Counted from the stretch's first letter, positions 29,425-39,964 are shown. The stretch is DNA of 64,000 bases from an uncultured Bacilli bacterium (GCA_944331915.1 CALVIR010000001.1:10851-74850), one strand, 5' to 3'. Numbers and translations: made by a program. The notes: generated from the sequence alone by a model not told the origin.

Positions 29425-30372
29425 TCACTTCCTGTTCTTATCATCAGTTTCCCTAATTATATAAATTGGTCTATTCTTAATCTCTGTATAAGTTTTAGAA
29501 ATATAAGCTCCACTAATACCCGTACAAAATAATTGCACTCCACTTAGGAAGAACATAATACATACTAAAGAAGGCCAACCTGCCACAGGATCACCAAAGA
29601 TTAATGTTCTAATAATAATTACAATTACTGAAATTAAAGAAATTAAGCAAAAAAGAACTCCTATAATTACAGATATTGTTAAAGGTACTGTTGAAAACCC
29701 TATAATAGCATCAATCGCATAAGTAAATAACTTAAAAAAACTCCACTTACTTTTACCTGCTACTCTTTGAGGAACTTTATAAGTTAACCATTTCGTTTTA
29801 AAACCTACAAAACTAAAAATACCTTTACTATAACGATTATATTCTTTTAACTCTAAAACAGCATTAACCATTTGTCTTGTCATTAATCGAAAATCCCTTG
29901 CTCCTGGTACCATTTCTACTTTTGAAAGTTTAGCAATTAATTTATAGTAACATCTTGTAAAAAATCTTCTTACAAACCCATATTCTTTATGTTCATCAGT
30001 CTTTAATCCTACACAATCAACATCTTCTGTTGTAATAATTTTATACATCTTCTCTATAAGTTCAGGAGGTTCTTGTAAATCAGCATCAAGCAAAGTAACA
30101 TAATCTCCACTACTATATTCTAACCCTGCATATATAGCTGCTTCTTTCCCAAAGTTACGAGAAAAAGAAATATATTTAACTTGGTTATCATCTTTCGCTA
30201 AATCTTTAATAATTGTAAATGTCTTATCTTTACTACCATCATCAACCAAAATAAGTTCAAATGATACCTCTTTCATCTTCGTTATTACCTTTTTTATCTC
30301 TTTATAAAATAAAGGTAAAGACTCTTCTTCATTATAACAAGGTACAATAACTGATATTTTATCCATACACAT
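29425..30372 (-). CDS. GT2 polyprenyl-phosphate glycosyltransferase (GtrB/CsbB/ArnC-like)
   Basis: ISVIVPCYNEEESL, LVDDGSKDKT, LDADLQ, and two C-terminal TMs. The stop codon is TGA. Confidence 0.85.
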   Translation of the reverse strand: MCMDKISVIVPCYNEEESLPLFYKEIKKVITKMKEVSFELILVDDGSKDKTFTIIKDLAKDDNQVKYISFSRNFGKEAAIYAGLEYSSGDYVTLLDADLQEPPELIEKMYKIITTEDVDCVGLKTDEHKEYGFVRRFFTRCYYKLIAKLSKVEMVPGARDFRLMTRQMVNAVLELKEYNRYSKGIFSFVGFKTKWLTYKVPQRVAGKSKWSFFKLFTYAIDAIIGFSTVPLTISVIIGVLFCLISLISVIVIIIRTLIFGDPVAGWPSLVCIMFFLSGVQLFCTGISGAYISKTYTEIKNRPIYIIRETDDKNRK

Positions 30373-30375
30373 CCC

Positions 30376-30828
30376 TCATTCTAAAAAGATTTTTCTTGTT
30401 ATGAAATTAAAGACCATAACAATAGCAGTTGAAACAATTTTCATTAACATAGCATTAATACTTAGAATATCAACCCCTATTTTCATAATAATTAAAGTTA
30501 AAATAAGACCTACAACACTAAGAACAATAAAAAGAATAAAATTTTTCCTAGGATCTTTATTTTTATTAACCTCAAATACCCATTTAATACTTGCTGCATA
30601 ATTATATATAACTGATATTGTAAAGGATAGAATAGCACTAATTATATAGTAAATACCTAAAATATCATGAGCTAGATAGAAGAAAGCCCAATCAATTATT
30701 GTAGCAATAACCCCAACAATACCAAACTTAAAGATTTGGATTAATAGTTTTCTTGTTTTCGCTTTAAATTTTAAATGAAAAATTTTACATACTTTATCAA
30801 ACAATATTGCAATATTATCCTTCTTCAT
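30376..30828 (-). CDS. GtrA family membrane protein (putative lipid-linked sugar flippase component)
   Basis: FKFGIVGVIATIIDWAFFYL, four TMs, 150 aa, immediately upstream of the GtrB-like GT2. The stop codon is TGA. Confidence 0.85.
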   Translation of the reverse strand: MKKDNIAILFDKVCKIFHLKFKAKTRKLLIQIFKFGIVGVIATIIDWAFFYLAHDILGIYYIISAILSFTISVIYNYAASIKWVFEVNKNKDPRKNFILFIVLSVVGLILTLIIMKIGVDILSINAMLMKIVSTAIVMVFNFITRKIFLE

Positions 30829-30868
30829 ACTTCTCTCCTTAATTAGTTCTAGTATAGCATATATTAAG

Positions 30869-31657
30869 TTATGCGTCTAAATATTTTTTCAACTCCTTAG
30901 TTATAACCTCATAACCTTTATCATTAGGATGTAATCCATCTTCTGTATACTCTTCATTAAAATTACCATCTTTATCTGTTAAAAAGTCATACATATTGAT
31001 ATAAGTATAGTCATTATCTTGACAATATTTTTCAATCCTAGTATTTATTTTCATAATATCTTCATTATCTCTAACACTAACCATTTCTTCATCTAAATTA
31101 TTATTAACAGGATAAATACTTTGTACATAAATCTCAACTTTAGAATCATTTTCTTTAATCTCTTTAATAATTTCTTCTACATTAGCAATAATCTCTTCAA
31201 CCCCAATATTATGAATCAAGTCATTGGTACCAATCAATAAAATAACTTTAGTAGGTTTATAATCATAAACTCTTTCTTTCATATTATCTAAAATATCTAA
31301 AGTTGTATCTCCAGAAATTCCACTATTAACAACTGGCATTCCCTTGAAATATTTATCTAAATCATAAAAATCTGTAATTGAATCTCCTAAAAATAAATAA
31401 GTTGTATAATAATCAGTTAACTCTTGTAACTGTTTTTCATAACTATCTTTTTGTTTTATTAAAGAATTATTTAAATCACTATTTTTTAATAGGAAGCTAA
31501 CATTAAAGATAAGACTAATTCCTAACATAACTAAAAATATTTTATTAATTTTCCTCTTTTTAGCTATAGTATAGTTTTTATTATATTTTCTTTTATTTTT
31601 CTCAATTCTAGTCTTATATTTTTTCTTTTTTATATTTTTACTCATGACAAACACCAA
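30869..31657 (-). CDS. Membrane-anchored SGNH/GDSL hydrolase
   Basis: FLGDSITD (block I), GTNDL (block III), DGLHPN (block V), and an N-terminal basic region plus TM. The start is uncertain (TTG at 31657 or ATG at 31645). Confidence 0.8.
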   Translation of the reverse strand: MVFVMSKNIKKKKYKTRIEKNKRKYNKNYTIAKKRKINKIFLVMLGISLIFNVSFLLKNSDLNNSLIKQKDSYEKQLQELTDYYTTYLFLGDSITDFYDLDKYFKGMPVVNSGISGDTTLDILDNMKERVYDYKPTKVILLIGTNDLIHNIGVEEIIANVEEIIKEIKENDSKVEIYVQSIYPVNNNLDEEMVSVRDNEDIMKINTRIEKYCQDNDYTYINMYDFLTDKDGNFNEEYTEDGLHPNDKGYEVITKELKKYLDA

Positions 31658-31694
31658 TAAGAGTATATCACAAATATTAAAATGTTAATATTAA

Positions 31695-31726
31695 AAGAAA
31701 AAAGCTTGACATTATTTGCCAAGCTT
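31695..31726 (-). terminator. Intrinsic terminator ending the ppdK transcription unit
   Basis: Minus-strand AAGCUUG-loop-CAAGCUU followed by U6. It overlaps the last codons of the 147-aa ORF. Confidence 0.7.
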
Positions 31727-32155
31727 ATGATTAAAATTTAGAATACTGTTTTCTAAAGTAATATGATCATTTTTTTCTCTTGTTACTTTATTAAGGTAAT
31801 ATTTATATCTATCATTATCTATTTTTTGGTAACCATCAGTAACTAACTTTGTTAAGACCTTATCTTCATCTTTAATAAATTGTTGATAGGTTAAATCTAA
31901 AAGATAAGTCGTATCATTATTAGGTACAAGAATAAAGCGATGCAGGTAATTAAAACCTAACTCAGTTGTATCAATAATGTATGCTAAAATAGACAAATCT
32001 TTTAAATTATTATAAAGATAACTACTATAAACCATGCACATTTGTTCTTTATTAAGTCCTCTTAACTCATTCTTAGTCTTATCTATAGCTAACTTAAACA
32101 TTGCTTCTTGATCTTTGTTAGCAATATTAAGCATTTTATCATATAAGTTCATCAT
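31712..32155 (-). CDS. Hypothetical protein
   Basis: 147-aa ORF overlapping the ppdK stop by 17 nt. A spaced Cys/His/Asp arrangement (QMCMVY, YLHRF, LLDLTY) is vaguely transglutaminase-like, which is weak evidence. Confidence 0.45.
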   Translation of the reverse strand: MMNLYDKMLNIANKDQEAMFKLAIDKTKNELRGLNKEQMCMVYSSYLYNNLKDLSILAYIIDTTELGFNYLHRFILVPNNDTTYLLDLTYQQFIKDEDKVLTKLVTDGYQKIDNDRYKYYLNKVTREKNDHITLENSILNFNHKLGK

Positions 32156-34772
32156 TATCTAACCTTGCTCTAGCTGCGGCTAGTCTTGCAATAGGAACTC
32201 TAAATGGACTACATGAAACATAAGTTAAACCAATCTTGTCACAAAAAGCAATAGTCTCTTTATCTCCTCCATGTTCTCCACAAATACCAAGAGAAATATC
32301 AGGACGCACTTTTTTACCAAGGCTAACAGCTAAAGCCACTAAAGTTCCTACTCCATCTTGGTCTAATGTTTTAAACGGATCTTTTGTAAAGATGTTATTA
32401 GCATAATAATCTTTTAAGAATTTAGAAGCATCATCACGAGAAAAACCATAAGTTAATTGCGTTAAATCATTAGTACCAAAAGAGAAAAACTCCGCTTCTT
32501 TAGCAATAAAATCAGCTCTTATTGCCGCTCTTGGTATTTCAATCATAGTTCCTACTTTATATTTTAAACTACTATTATTTTCTCTTATAATCTTATTTGC
32601 TTCTTCATCAATAATATTTTTAACAAAATGTAATTCCCTTTCATCACCAACAAGAGGAACCATAATCTCTGGACTAACTTTTATCCCTTCCTGTTCAACC
32701 TCCAAAGCTGCTGTTATTACTGCCCTTGTTTGCATAATAGCAATCTCAGGATAAGTAACCGCTAATCTACAACCTCTATGTCCCATCATTGGATTAAACT
32801 CTTTTAAACTCTCTACTTTATTCTTTAACTCTTCAAAAGACATCTCTAAACTTACTGCTAATTCCCTTATCTCTTCATCAGTATGAGGTAAAAATTCATG
32901 TAAAGGTGGATCTAAGAATCTAATCGTTACCTCATATCCATCCATTACCCTAAATAAGCCCTTAAAATCTTCTTTTTGATATGGTAAGATTGCATTTAAA
33001 GCCTCAATTCTCTTTTCTTTATTAGGAGCAACAATCATCTTTCGAAAATTAAAGATACGCATCTTATCAAAGAACATATGCTCTGTCCGACATAAACCAA
33101 TTCCTTTCGCACCAAAGTCTCTAGCAACTTTAGCGTCTTTTGGATTATCAGCATTGCATCTAACCTCTAATCTAGCAATATCATCTGCCCAAGTCATAAA
33201 GGTAGCAAAACTACCACTAATACTAGCAGGAACAGTTTTAATCTCTTCCCCATAAACATTACCTGTCGCTCCATCTAAACTTAAAAAATCTCCTTCATGA
33301 AAGACTTGACCATTACTAGTAGTTAAAGTCTTCGCTTCTTGATTAACGACAACGCCACTACAACCAGAGACACAACAAGTTCCCATTCCTCTTGCTACCA
33401 CTGCCGCATGTGATGTCATTCCTCCTCTAACTGTTAAAACTCCTTCGGCAATATTCATTCCTTCAATATCTTCAGGTGATGTCTCTTCCCGTGCTAATAT
33501 TATTTTAGCAACTCCATTTTTATGAGCATTAAGAGCATCTTCAGCAGTAAAATATAAGTGTCCTGTCGCTGCCCCAGGGGATGCTGCCAAACCTTTAGCA
33601 ATAACTGTAGCACTTTCTAAACTTTCTTTATCAAAAGCCGGATGCAATAACTGTTCTAATTGCTCTGGTTCTACTCTTCTTAAAGCTTCTTCTTTCGTTA
33701 TTTTTCCTTCTAAAACAAAGTCAACTGCAATATGTAAAGCCGCTGCTGCCGTTCTTTTTCCATTTCTTGTCTGCAACATATATAATTTACCATTCTCAAT
33801 CGTAAACTCCATATCTTGCATATCTTTATAATGGTCTTCTAAAATATCACAAATTTTCATAAATTCTTCATAACAACTAGGCATTATATCTTTTAAGGTT
33901 TCAATATTTTGTGGTGTCCTAATCCCTGCTACTACATCCTCACCTTGAGCATTTATCAAATATTCCCCAAATAATTTTTTCTCACCCGTTGCCGGATTAC
34001 GCGTAAAAGCAACCCCTGTTCCACTATTATCTCCACTATTACCATAAACCATCTCTTGAACATTAACAGCCGTTCCCCAAGAATCAGGAATATTATTAAG
34101 ACGACGATAAGTCTTAGCACGCTCATTATTCCAGCTTCTAAAAACGGCCTTAACCGCTTCTAATAATTGCACTTTACCATCTTGAGGAAATTCTTCTTTC
34201 GCAAGACGAAGGTATTCCGCTTTATATCTATTTACAACCTCTACTAAATCATCTGCTGTTAAATCTGTATCTAACGTAACATTTTTCTCTTTTTTTATGT
34301 CTTCAAATAAGTATTCAAAAGAACTCTTAGGAAACCCTCTAACAACATCAGCATACATTTGAATTAACCGTCTATAACAATCATAAGCAAATCTTTTATT
34401 GTTTGTATTTCTAGCAAGTGTTTCTACTACTTGATCATTAATACCAAGATTTAAAATTGTATCCATCATTCCTGGCATTGAACTTCTAGCCCCACTACGA
34501 ACTGAAACAAGTAAAGGATTTACATCATCATTTAACTTTTTACCTGTTACATTTTCAAGTTTACTAATATTTTCAAAGATTTCTAAAGCTATATTTTCAT
34601 CTAAAGTCATTCCTTTATTATAATAATCTAAACAAGCTTCAGTACTAACTGTAAAACCTTTAGGAACAGGTAACCCTATTTTCGTCATCTCCGCAAGATT
34701 AGCCCCTTTTCCTCCTAATATATTCTTCATATCTTTATTGCCTTCACTAAAGGCATATACATATTTCACCAA
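32139..34772 (-). CDS. ppdK: Pyruvate, phosphate dikinase
   Basis: 877 aa. N-terminal GGKGANLAEM, phospho-His region GGMTSHAAVVARG, and C-terminal PEP-utilising region CGEHGGD. Confidence 0.95.
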   Translation of the reverse strand: MVKYVYAFSEGNKDMKNILGGKGANLAEMTKIGLPVPKGFTVSTEACLDYYNKGMTLDENIALEIFENISKLENVTGKKLNDDVNPLLVSVRSGARSSMPGMMDTILNLGINDQVVETLARNTNNKRFAYDCYRRLIQMYADVVRGFPKSSFEYLFEDIKKEKNVTLDTDLTADDLVEVVNRYKAEYLRLAKEEFPQDGKVQLLEAVKAVFRSWNNERAKTYRRLNNIPDSWGTAVNVQEMVYGNSGDNSGTGVAFTRNPATGEKKLFGEYLINAQGEDVVAGIRTPQNIETLKDIMPSCYEEFMKICDILEDHYKDMQDMEFTIENGKLYMLQTRNGKRTAAAALHIAVDFVLEGKITKEEALRRVEPEQLEQLLHPAFDKESLESATVIAKGLAASPGAATGHLYFTAEDALNAHKNGVAKIILAREETSPEDIEGMNIAEGVLTVRGGMTSHAAVVARGMGTCCVSGCSGVVVNQEAKTLTTSNGQVFHEGDFLSLDGATGNVYGEEIKTVPASISGSFATFMTWADDIARLEVRCNADNPKDAKVARDFGAKGIGLCRTEHMFFDKMRIFNFRKMIVAPNKEKRIEALNAILPYQKEDFKGLFRVMDGYEVTIRFLDPPLHEFLPHTDEEIRELAVSLEMSFEELKNKVESLKEFNPMMGHRGCRLAVTYPEIAIMQTRAVITAALEVEQEGIKVSPEIMVPLVGDERELHFVKNIIDEEANKIIRENNSSLKYKVGTMIEIPRAAIRADFIAKEAEFFSFGTNDLTQLTYGFSRDDASKFLKDYYANNIFTKDPFKTLDQDGVGTLVALAVSLGKKVRPDISLGICGEHGGDKETIAFCDKIGLTYVSCSPFRVPIARLAAARARLDNDELI

Positions 34773-34887
34773 ATCACTATCCTTTCACTATGTAAAAGTA
34801 TAACAAAATTATAATATTTTTTAAAGAGTTCTTTTATTAATATAGACATTGTGCTAAAATAACTAATGCAGAAAGGAAGCCCTATTT

Positions 34888-35421
34888 ATGGATAACAATA
34901 TCTTAGTTTATACATTACCAAAACAACTAGAACCATTTTCTAGTACCAAAGAAATTAGAATTATGCTTTTTCTTCCTAAAGTTCTTGATTCTTCCTATGA
35001 TACCGCTATTTTATACTACCCTAATATTAATTTTGAACATCCTAAATTAATTAAGCCTTTTTTAAAAGAAAAAAATTTAATTAGAAAACTAGATAAAGAT
35101 TTAATGAAAGGTGATATTTATTCTATCGCTTGGGCTCTTGCGAAAATAAACATTGCTACATTTGTTAACGTTACTCCAAGTACTCTTTATGTAACAGATA
35201 GTTTTATAGTATTACCACGAACACTAAATGAAAGACAGATAAATTCTCTTAATAATGTCGAAAGCATCTTTAGAGAATATCAAACTATTGAAGCTGGTAA
35301 AATCTTAGCAAGTGGTGATATCATACCAATTCAAGAAATAAATAATGGTGATACCCTCTTAAAATATATAAATAAGGAAAAAGAAAAAGTATATACCAAG
35401 CGAAAGGATAATTATGTATAA
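34888..35421 (+). CDS. Hypothetical protein
   Basis: 177-aa ORF with a GAAAGGAAG RBS. It overlaps the next gene by 8 nt. Confidence 0.5.
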   Translation: MDNNILVYTLPKQLEPFSSTKEIRIMLFLPKVLDSSYDTAILYYPNINFEHPKLIKPFLKEKNLIRKLDKDLMKGDIYSIAWALAKINIATFVNVTPSTLYVTDSFIVLPRTLNERQINSLNNVESIFREYQTIEAGKILASGDIIPIQEINNGDTLLKYINKEKEKVYTKRKDNYV

Positions 35422-36097
35422 TATTAAGAAAAATATTGATAGACTAAGACATGGTGAACCAACTTTTTTTCTTGATCCTAGTGAAGAAAAAGCAGTCAGT
35501 TCCAAGTTTAAGAAACAAGAATATAATGTATTTAAGCCCTATCCTGATTGTGAAAAAGTAATTCTCTATAAAGATAAACTACCTGAGGTTATACTTTTAA
35601 AAATCGTTTCTAATCAAGACTTTAGACACCAAGATATTTTAGGAAGCATTTTTAGTTTAAATGTAGACAAAGAAATATTTGGTGATATCATCTATTATAA
35701 TAACTGTTACTACTTTTATCTGTTAAAGACAATGAAAGATTATTTCCTTACTAACCTTATTAAAATTAAAAACAGTTATATATCTTTAGAAGAGGTAGAT
35801 ATTAATTATCTTGCTAACTACCAAAAAAACTATCAAACTATTGAACTAATCGTAAAAAGTGAAAGAATTGATCTTATAATATCAAACCTCACCTCTCTTT
35901 CTCGTAGTAAAATAAAAGAAAAGCTTCAAAATAAAGAGATAATATTAAATTATAACATTTTAACTAACCCCTCATATCTTTTAAAAGAAAATGATATTTT
36001 TAGCATTAGAAAATATGGCAAATTTAAATATTTAGGGAAAGTAAACAAGACCAAAAAAGATAATTACCTCATAAAAATCAACAAATATTGCAATTAG
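35414..36097 (+). CDS. YlmH-like RNA-binding protein with a C-terminal S4 domain
   Basis: The FLDP.E start region and the C-terminal ..SRSK.KE.IQ...I.LN......S..LKE.D..S.R..GKF pattern match the YlmH/S4 fold. Confidence 0.55.
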   Translation: MYNIKKNIDRLRHGEPTFFLDPSEEKAVSSKFKKQEYNVFKPYPDCEKVILYKDKLPEVILLKIVSNQDFRHQDILGSIFSLNVDKEIFGDIIYYNNCYYFYLLKTMKDYFLTNLIKIKNSYISLEEVDINYLANYQKNYQTIELIVKSERIDLIISNLTSLSRSKIKEKLQNKEIILNYNILTNPSYLLKENDIFSIRKYGKFKYLGKVNKTKKDNYLIKINKYCN

Positions 36098-36161
36098 AAT
36101 TTGCATGTTTTTCTTTTTTGCCTTATAATAAAGCTTAATTGTTTAGAAAGGACCTGATATT

Positions 36162-36536
36162 ATGTTTTTTATATGTATGTTAATGCCTGCTAGTATCTCT
36201 ATATTTACTGAGCGAAAAATAAACAAAAAAAAAGAAGAAAAAAATAGTGATTTAATCTTAAAATATCTATTTTATACTTTCTTAATAACAACTATTATGA
36301 ATACTTTTATTTATATTTTTAGCAATGAGAAATTAAATTTCTATAACTATGAAACCTTTACCTATGACTTTTGTCTAAAATATATGTGGTTAAGTATTAT
36401 AATCGCTTTAATACTACCCTATATAGTAAAAGTAATAAGTGCTAATATTAATATTGAATTAGAGCTAAAAGAGAAAAAAAAGAATGAAAAAGCAGTTAAA
36501 AAAACTAAAAAAAGAAAAAGTAATAAAACTAATTAA
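36162..36536 (+). CDS. Small three-TM membrane ORF, possibly the detached N-terminus of the following LtaS-like gene
   Basis: Three hydrophobic segments. The 3' end overlaps the next ORF across an A8 run (36474-36481). Confidence 0.45.
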   Translation: MFFICMLMPASISIFTERKINKKKEEKNSDLILKYLFYTFLITTIMNTFIYIFSNEKLNFYNYETFTYDFCLKYMWLSIIIALILPYIVKVISANINIELELKEKKKNEKAVKKTKKRKSNKTN

Positions 36537-38043
36537 ATGGTTCTTTGCTTTTATTCTTATATTTTTAGCACTTATTATAATATTTAGTACTAACTGGACT
36601 TTAGAAAATTACAGTATTGAGAACTTTGATCAAATCCTTTTTACTTTATTTAGTGATGTTGGTACAGGTAGTAGTGATTTAATTATTGATTTTATTAAAG
36701 AAAATATCTTAATACCTTTAGGAATAACTATTGTTATTATAATTATAGTTTTATTTATTAAACATCTCTTTAAAAATTTAGAAGCTTCTTTAAATATTAA
36801 AATAAGGAAGAAAACTTTAAAGATTAATTTTTATAAGTTAATAAGTTATATCTCCGTTATATCGATATTTCTCTATGCTATTTACTATGCAATGGATAAC
36901 TTATATATCTTCAACTATATTAAATACAGTTATATAGAATCTAATTTCTTAGAGGTATCCTATGTTGATCCTGAAGATGTAAAATTAGAATTTCCTGATA
37001 AGAAAAGAAACTTAATCTATATTTTTGCTGAATCAATGGAATCAACCTATGCTGACAAAGAACATGGTGGTGCTTATTATACTAACTATATTAAAGAATT
37101 AGTAGATCTTGCTAATGATAAAGATAATATAAATTTCTCAATGACTAATTTAGTCGGTGGAGCTCGTACTGCCTTTAATGCTACTTGGACAATGGCGGCA
37201 ATGATTTCTCAAACAACAGGTTTACCTTTGAAAACAAGCTTCGCTCCTAATGCTGTAGAAAGTTATGCAGATGGAACCCTTGTTCCTGGCGCTTATTCTT
37301 TGGGACAAATATTAAAAGATGCTGGTTATAGAAGATATATAATGGTAGGATCTGATTTAACTTTCGGTGGTAGAAGAACTTATTTTGAAACTCATGGTGA
37401 TTATAATGTCTTTGATTATTATACTGCTATCGATAAAGGCCTAATTGATGAAGACTATTTTGTTCACTGGGGTTATGAAGACGAAAAATTATTCGCTTAC
37501 GCTAAAGATGAACTAAAAGAAATCGCTAAAGATGACAAACCATTTATCTTTACGATGTTAACGACCAATACACACTCTCCTGATGGTTATGTTGATGAAA
37601 GTTGTGATACTAGCTATGATAGTCCTTACTTAAATGCTGTCGCTTGTGCTAGTAAAGAATTAAGTGAGTTTATTGATTGGATTCAAGATCAAGACTTTTA
37701 TGAAAATACAACGATAATACTAGTAGGTGATCATTTAAGTATGAATACCTATGCTTTTGAAGATATTGATGAAAACTATGTAAGAGGTGTTTATAACGTT
37801 TATATAAACTCTTTAGCTGATACTGATTGTAACAAGAATAGAAAGTTTAACACCTTCGATTATTTTCCTACCACTTTAGCTGCTATAGGTGTTAAAATTG
37901 AAGGAAACCGTCTTGGATTAGGTACTAATTTATTTAGTTGTAAAGAAACCCTATCAGAAGAATATGACTACAAATATATTAATGAAAGATTAAGAGAAAA
38001 ATCTTTATTCTATGATGAATGTATTAATAATATTTGCAAATAG
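36484..38043 (+). CDS. LtaS/MdoB-like sulfatase-family (alkaline phosphatase superfamily) membrane protein
   Basis: Three TMs followed by an extracytoplasmic domain with IFAESMEST, NTHSPDGY and VGDHL motifs. Confidence 0.75.
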   Translation: MKKQLKKLKKEKVIKLIKWFFAFILIFLALIIIFSTNWTLENYSIENFDQILFTLFSDVGTGSSDLIIDFIKENILIPLGITIVIIIIVLFIKHLFKNLEASLNIKIRKKTLKINFYKLISYISVISIFLYAIYYAMDNLYIFNYIKYSYIESNFLEVSYVDPEDVKLEFPDKKRNLIYIFAESMESTYADKEHGGAYYTNYIKELVDLANDKDNINFSMTNLVGGARTAFNATWTMAAMISQTTGLPLKTSFAPNAVESYADGTLVPGAYSLGQILKDAGYRRYIMVGSDLTFGGRRTYFETHGDYNVFDYYTAIDKGLIDEDYFVHWGYEDEKLFAYAKDELKEIAKDDKPFIFTMLTTNTHSPDGYVDESCDTSYDSPYLNAVACASKELSEFIDWIQDQDFYENTTIILVGDHLSMNTYAFEDIDENYVRGVYNVYINSLADTDCNKNRKFNTFDYFPTTLAAIGVKIEGNRLGLGTNLFSCKETLSEEYDYKYINERLREKSLFYDECINNICK

Positions 38044-38044
38044 G

Positions 38045-38080
38045 AAAAGGATAAGTAACAACTGTTACCTACCCTTTTTA
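38045..38080. terminator. Shared convergent terminator hairpin between the LtaS-like gene and htpG
   Basis: Long imperfect palindrome AAAAGGATAAGTAACA..TGTTACCTACCCTTTT followed by T-rich sequence. Confidence 0.5.
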
Positions 38081-39964
38081 TTTAGCTAAAATATCACAAA
38101 CTAAATTACTAATTTCTGTTGGATTATCTAGACTCATTCCTTCAATAAGACGAGCTTCTGCGTATAAGATTTTACTATATTTTTCTAGTGTTTCATAATC
38201 TTTTTGTTCATATAAACTTTTTATCTTAGCAGCAATAGGATGATTTTCATTTATCTCCATAATAGTATTAGCTTTAACTCCCATATTATTAGGCATAGCA
38301 TCCATTACTTTTTGCATTTCAATTGAAACATCACCTTTGGTTGTTAAACAAACAGGATGATTATTCAACCGATGGGTAAATTCTACCTCATTAACACTTT
38401 CACCTAAAGCTTCATGCATCTTTGTAAACATATCTTTATATTCTTCATTAGTCTTCTTTAACTCTTCTTGTTCTTCTTCTGTTTCTAAGTTAGCTTCACT
38501 ACTTGCAACATTAACAAAGTTCTTCTCTTTATAATTCATCATAACTTTAAGAACAAACTCATCAATATAATCTATTAAATAAAGAATATCTATATCTTTT
38601 GCTTTCGCACTTTCTACTTGTGGTAATAAATCAATCTTATCAATAGATTCTCCACAAGCATAATAAATTGTCTTATCTTCATCTTTTAGATTAGAAACAT
38701 ATTCATCTAAAGTAATTAATTTCTTCTCTTTAGCTGAATAGAATAGCAACAAATCTTGAAGAGTCTCTTTCGCCATACCATAAGACTCATAAATGCCAAC
38801 TTTTAACTGCATTCCAAAGGCTTTAAAGAATTTTTCATAATCTTCACGATTATTTTTAAGCATATTTTCAAGTTCTTTTTTAATCTTTGATTCAAGAGAC
38901 TTAGCAATCGCTTTTATTTGATAGTTCTCTTGTAATGTCTCTCTTGAAATATTTAAAGAAATATCTTCACTATCAACAATACCTTTAACAAAGCTAAAAT
39001 AATCAGGTAAAAGATCAGCACATTTTTCCATAATTAATACGCCTTTAGAATATAATTGAAGCCCTTTTTCATAATCTTTAGAATAATAATTATATGGTGC
39101 ATGACTAGGAATGAATAATAATGTTTGATAAGAACATCTTCCTTCTACCTCACTACGAATTATTTTTAAAGGTTTCTCATAATCATAGAATTTATCAGTA
39201 TAAAAATCATTATACTCTTCATCTTTAACACTATTTTTAGCTTTCTTCCAAATTGGTGTCATACTATTTAAAGTCTTATCTTCAACACTTTTCTTTTCTT
39301 TATCATCTTTTTTAGTAACTTTTTCTTCTTCCATTTTAATAGGATAAGAAATATAATCTGAGTATTTTTTAACAAGACGCTCTAATGTATAATCCTCTAG
39401 GAATTCATCATAATTATTATCTTCATTATTTTCTTTTAAGTGAAGAATTACTTTTGTTCCTGTTTTATCATAAGTAGTCTCTTCAATAGAGTAACCATCA
39501 GCACCTGTACTTACCCAACGATAAGCTTTGTCACTATTATAAGCCTTACTAATTACCTCTACCTCATCACTTACCATAAAACTAGAGTAAAAACCAACTC
39601 CAAATTGTCCAATAATAGCTTTACTTTTATCATCAGACATTTTTTCTTTAAATAATTCAGAACCACTCTTTGCAATAGTACCAAGATTATTTTCAAGTTC
39701 TTCTTCAGTCATACCAATACCATTATCAATAATAGTTAAAGTTCTTTCTTCTTTATTAGGAACTAGTCTTATTTCTAAGTCTTTCTTCTTAATCTTTATC
39801 TCTTTATTAGTTAATGATTCATAATATAGCTTATCTATCGCATCACTAGCATTAGAAATTAACTCTCTTAAAAATATTTCTTTATTAGTATAGATAGAAT
39901 TAATCATCATATCTAGTAATTTTTTAGATTCAGCTTTAAATTGTTTTTTCTTCAAATTAATCAC
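38078..39964 (-). CDS. htpG: Molecular chaperone HtpG (Hsp90)
   Basis: F.AE.K.LLDMMINSIY.NKEIFLRELISNASDA, plus GQFGVGFYS. The start may be the TTG at 39956 rather than the GTG at 39964. Confidence 0.95.
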   Translation of the reverse strand: MINLKKKQFKAESKKLLDMMINSIYTNKEIFLRELISNASDAIDKLYYESLTNKEIKIKKKDLEIRLVPNKEERTLTIIDNGIGMTEEELENNLGTIAKSGSELFKEKMSDDKSKAIIGQFGVGFYSSFMVSDEVEVISKAYNSDKAYRWVSTGADGYSIEETTYDKTGTKVILHLKENNEDNNYDEFLEDYTLERLVKKYSDYISYPIKMEEEKVTKKDDKEKKSVEDKTLNSMTPIWKKAKNSVKDEEYNDFYTDKFYDYEKPLKIIRSEVEGRCSYQTLLFIPSHAPYNYYSKDYEKGLQLYSKGVLIMEKCADLLPDYFSFVKGIVDSEDISLNISRETLQENYQIKAIAKSLESKIKKELENMLKNNREDYEKFFKAFGMQLKVGIYESYGMAKETLQDLLLFYSAKEKKLITLDEYVSNLKDEDKTIYYACGESIDKIDLLPQVESAKAKDIDILYLIDYIDEFVLKVMMNYKEKNFVNVASSEANLETEEEQEELKKTNEEYKDMFTKMHEALGESVNEVEFTHRLNNHPVCLTTKGDVSIEMQKVMDAMPNNMGVKANTIMEINENHPIAAKIKSLYEQKDYETLEKYSKILYAEARLIEGMSLDNPTEISNLVCDILAK

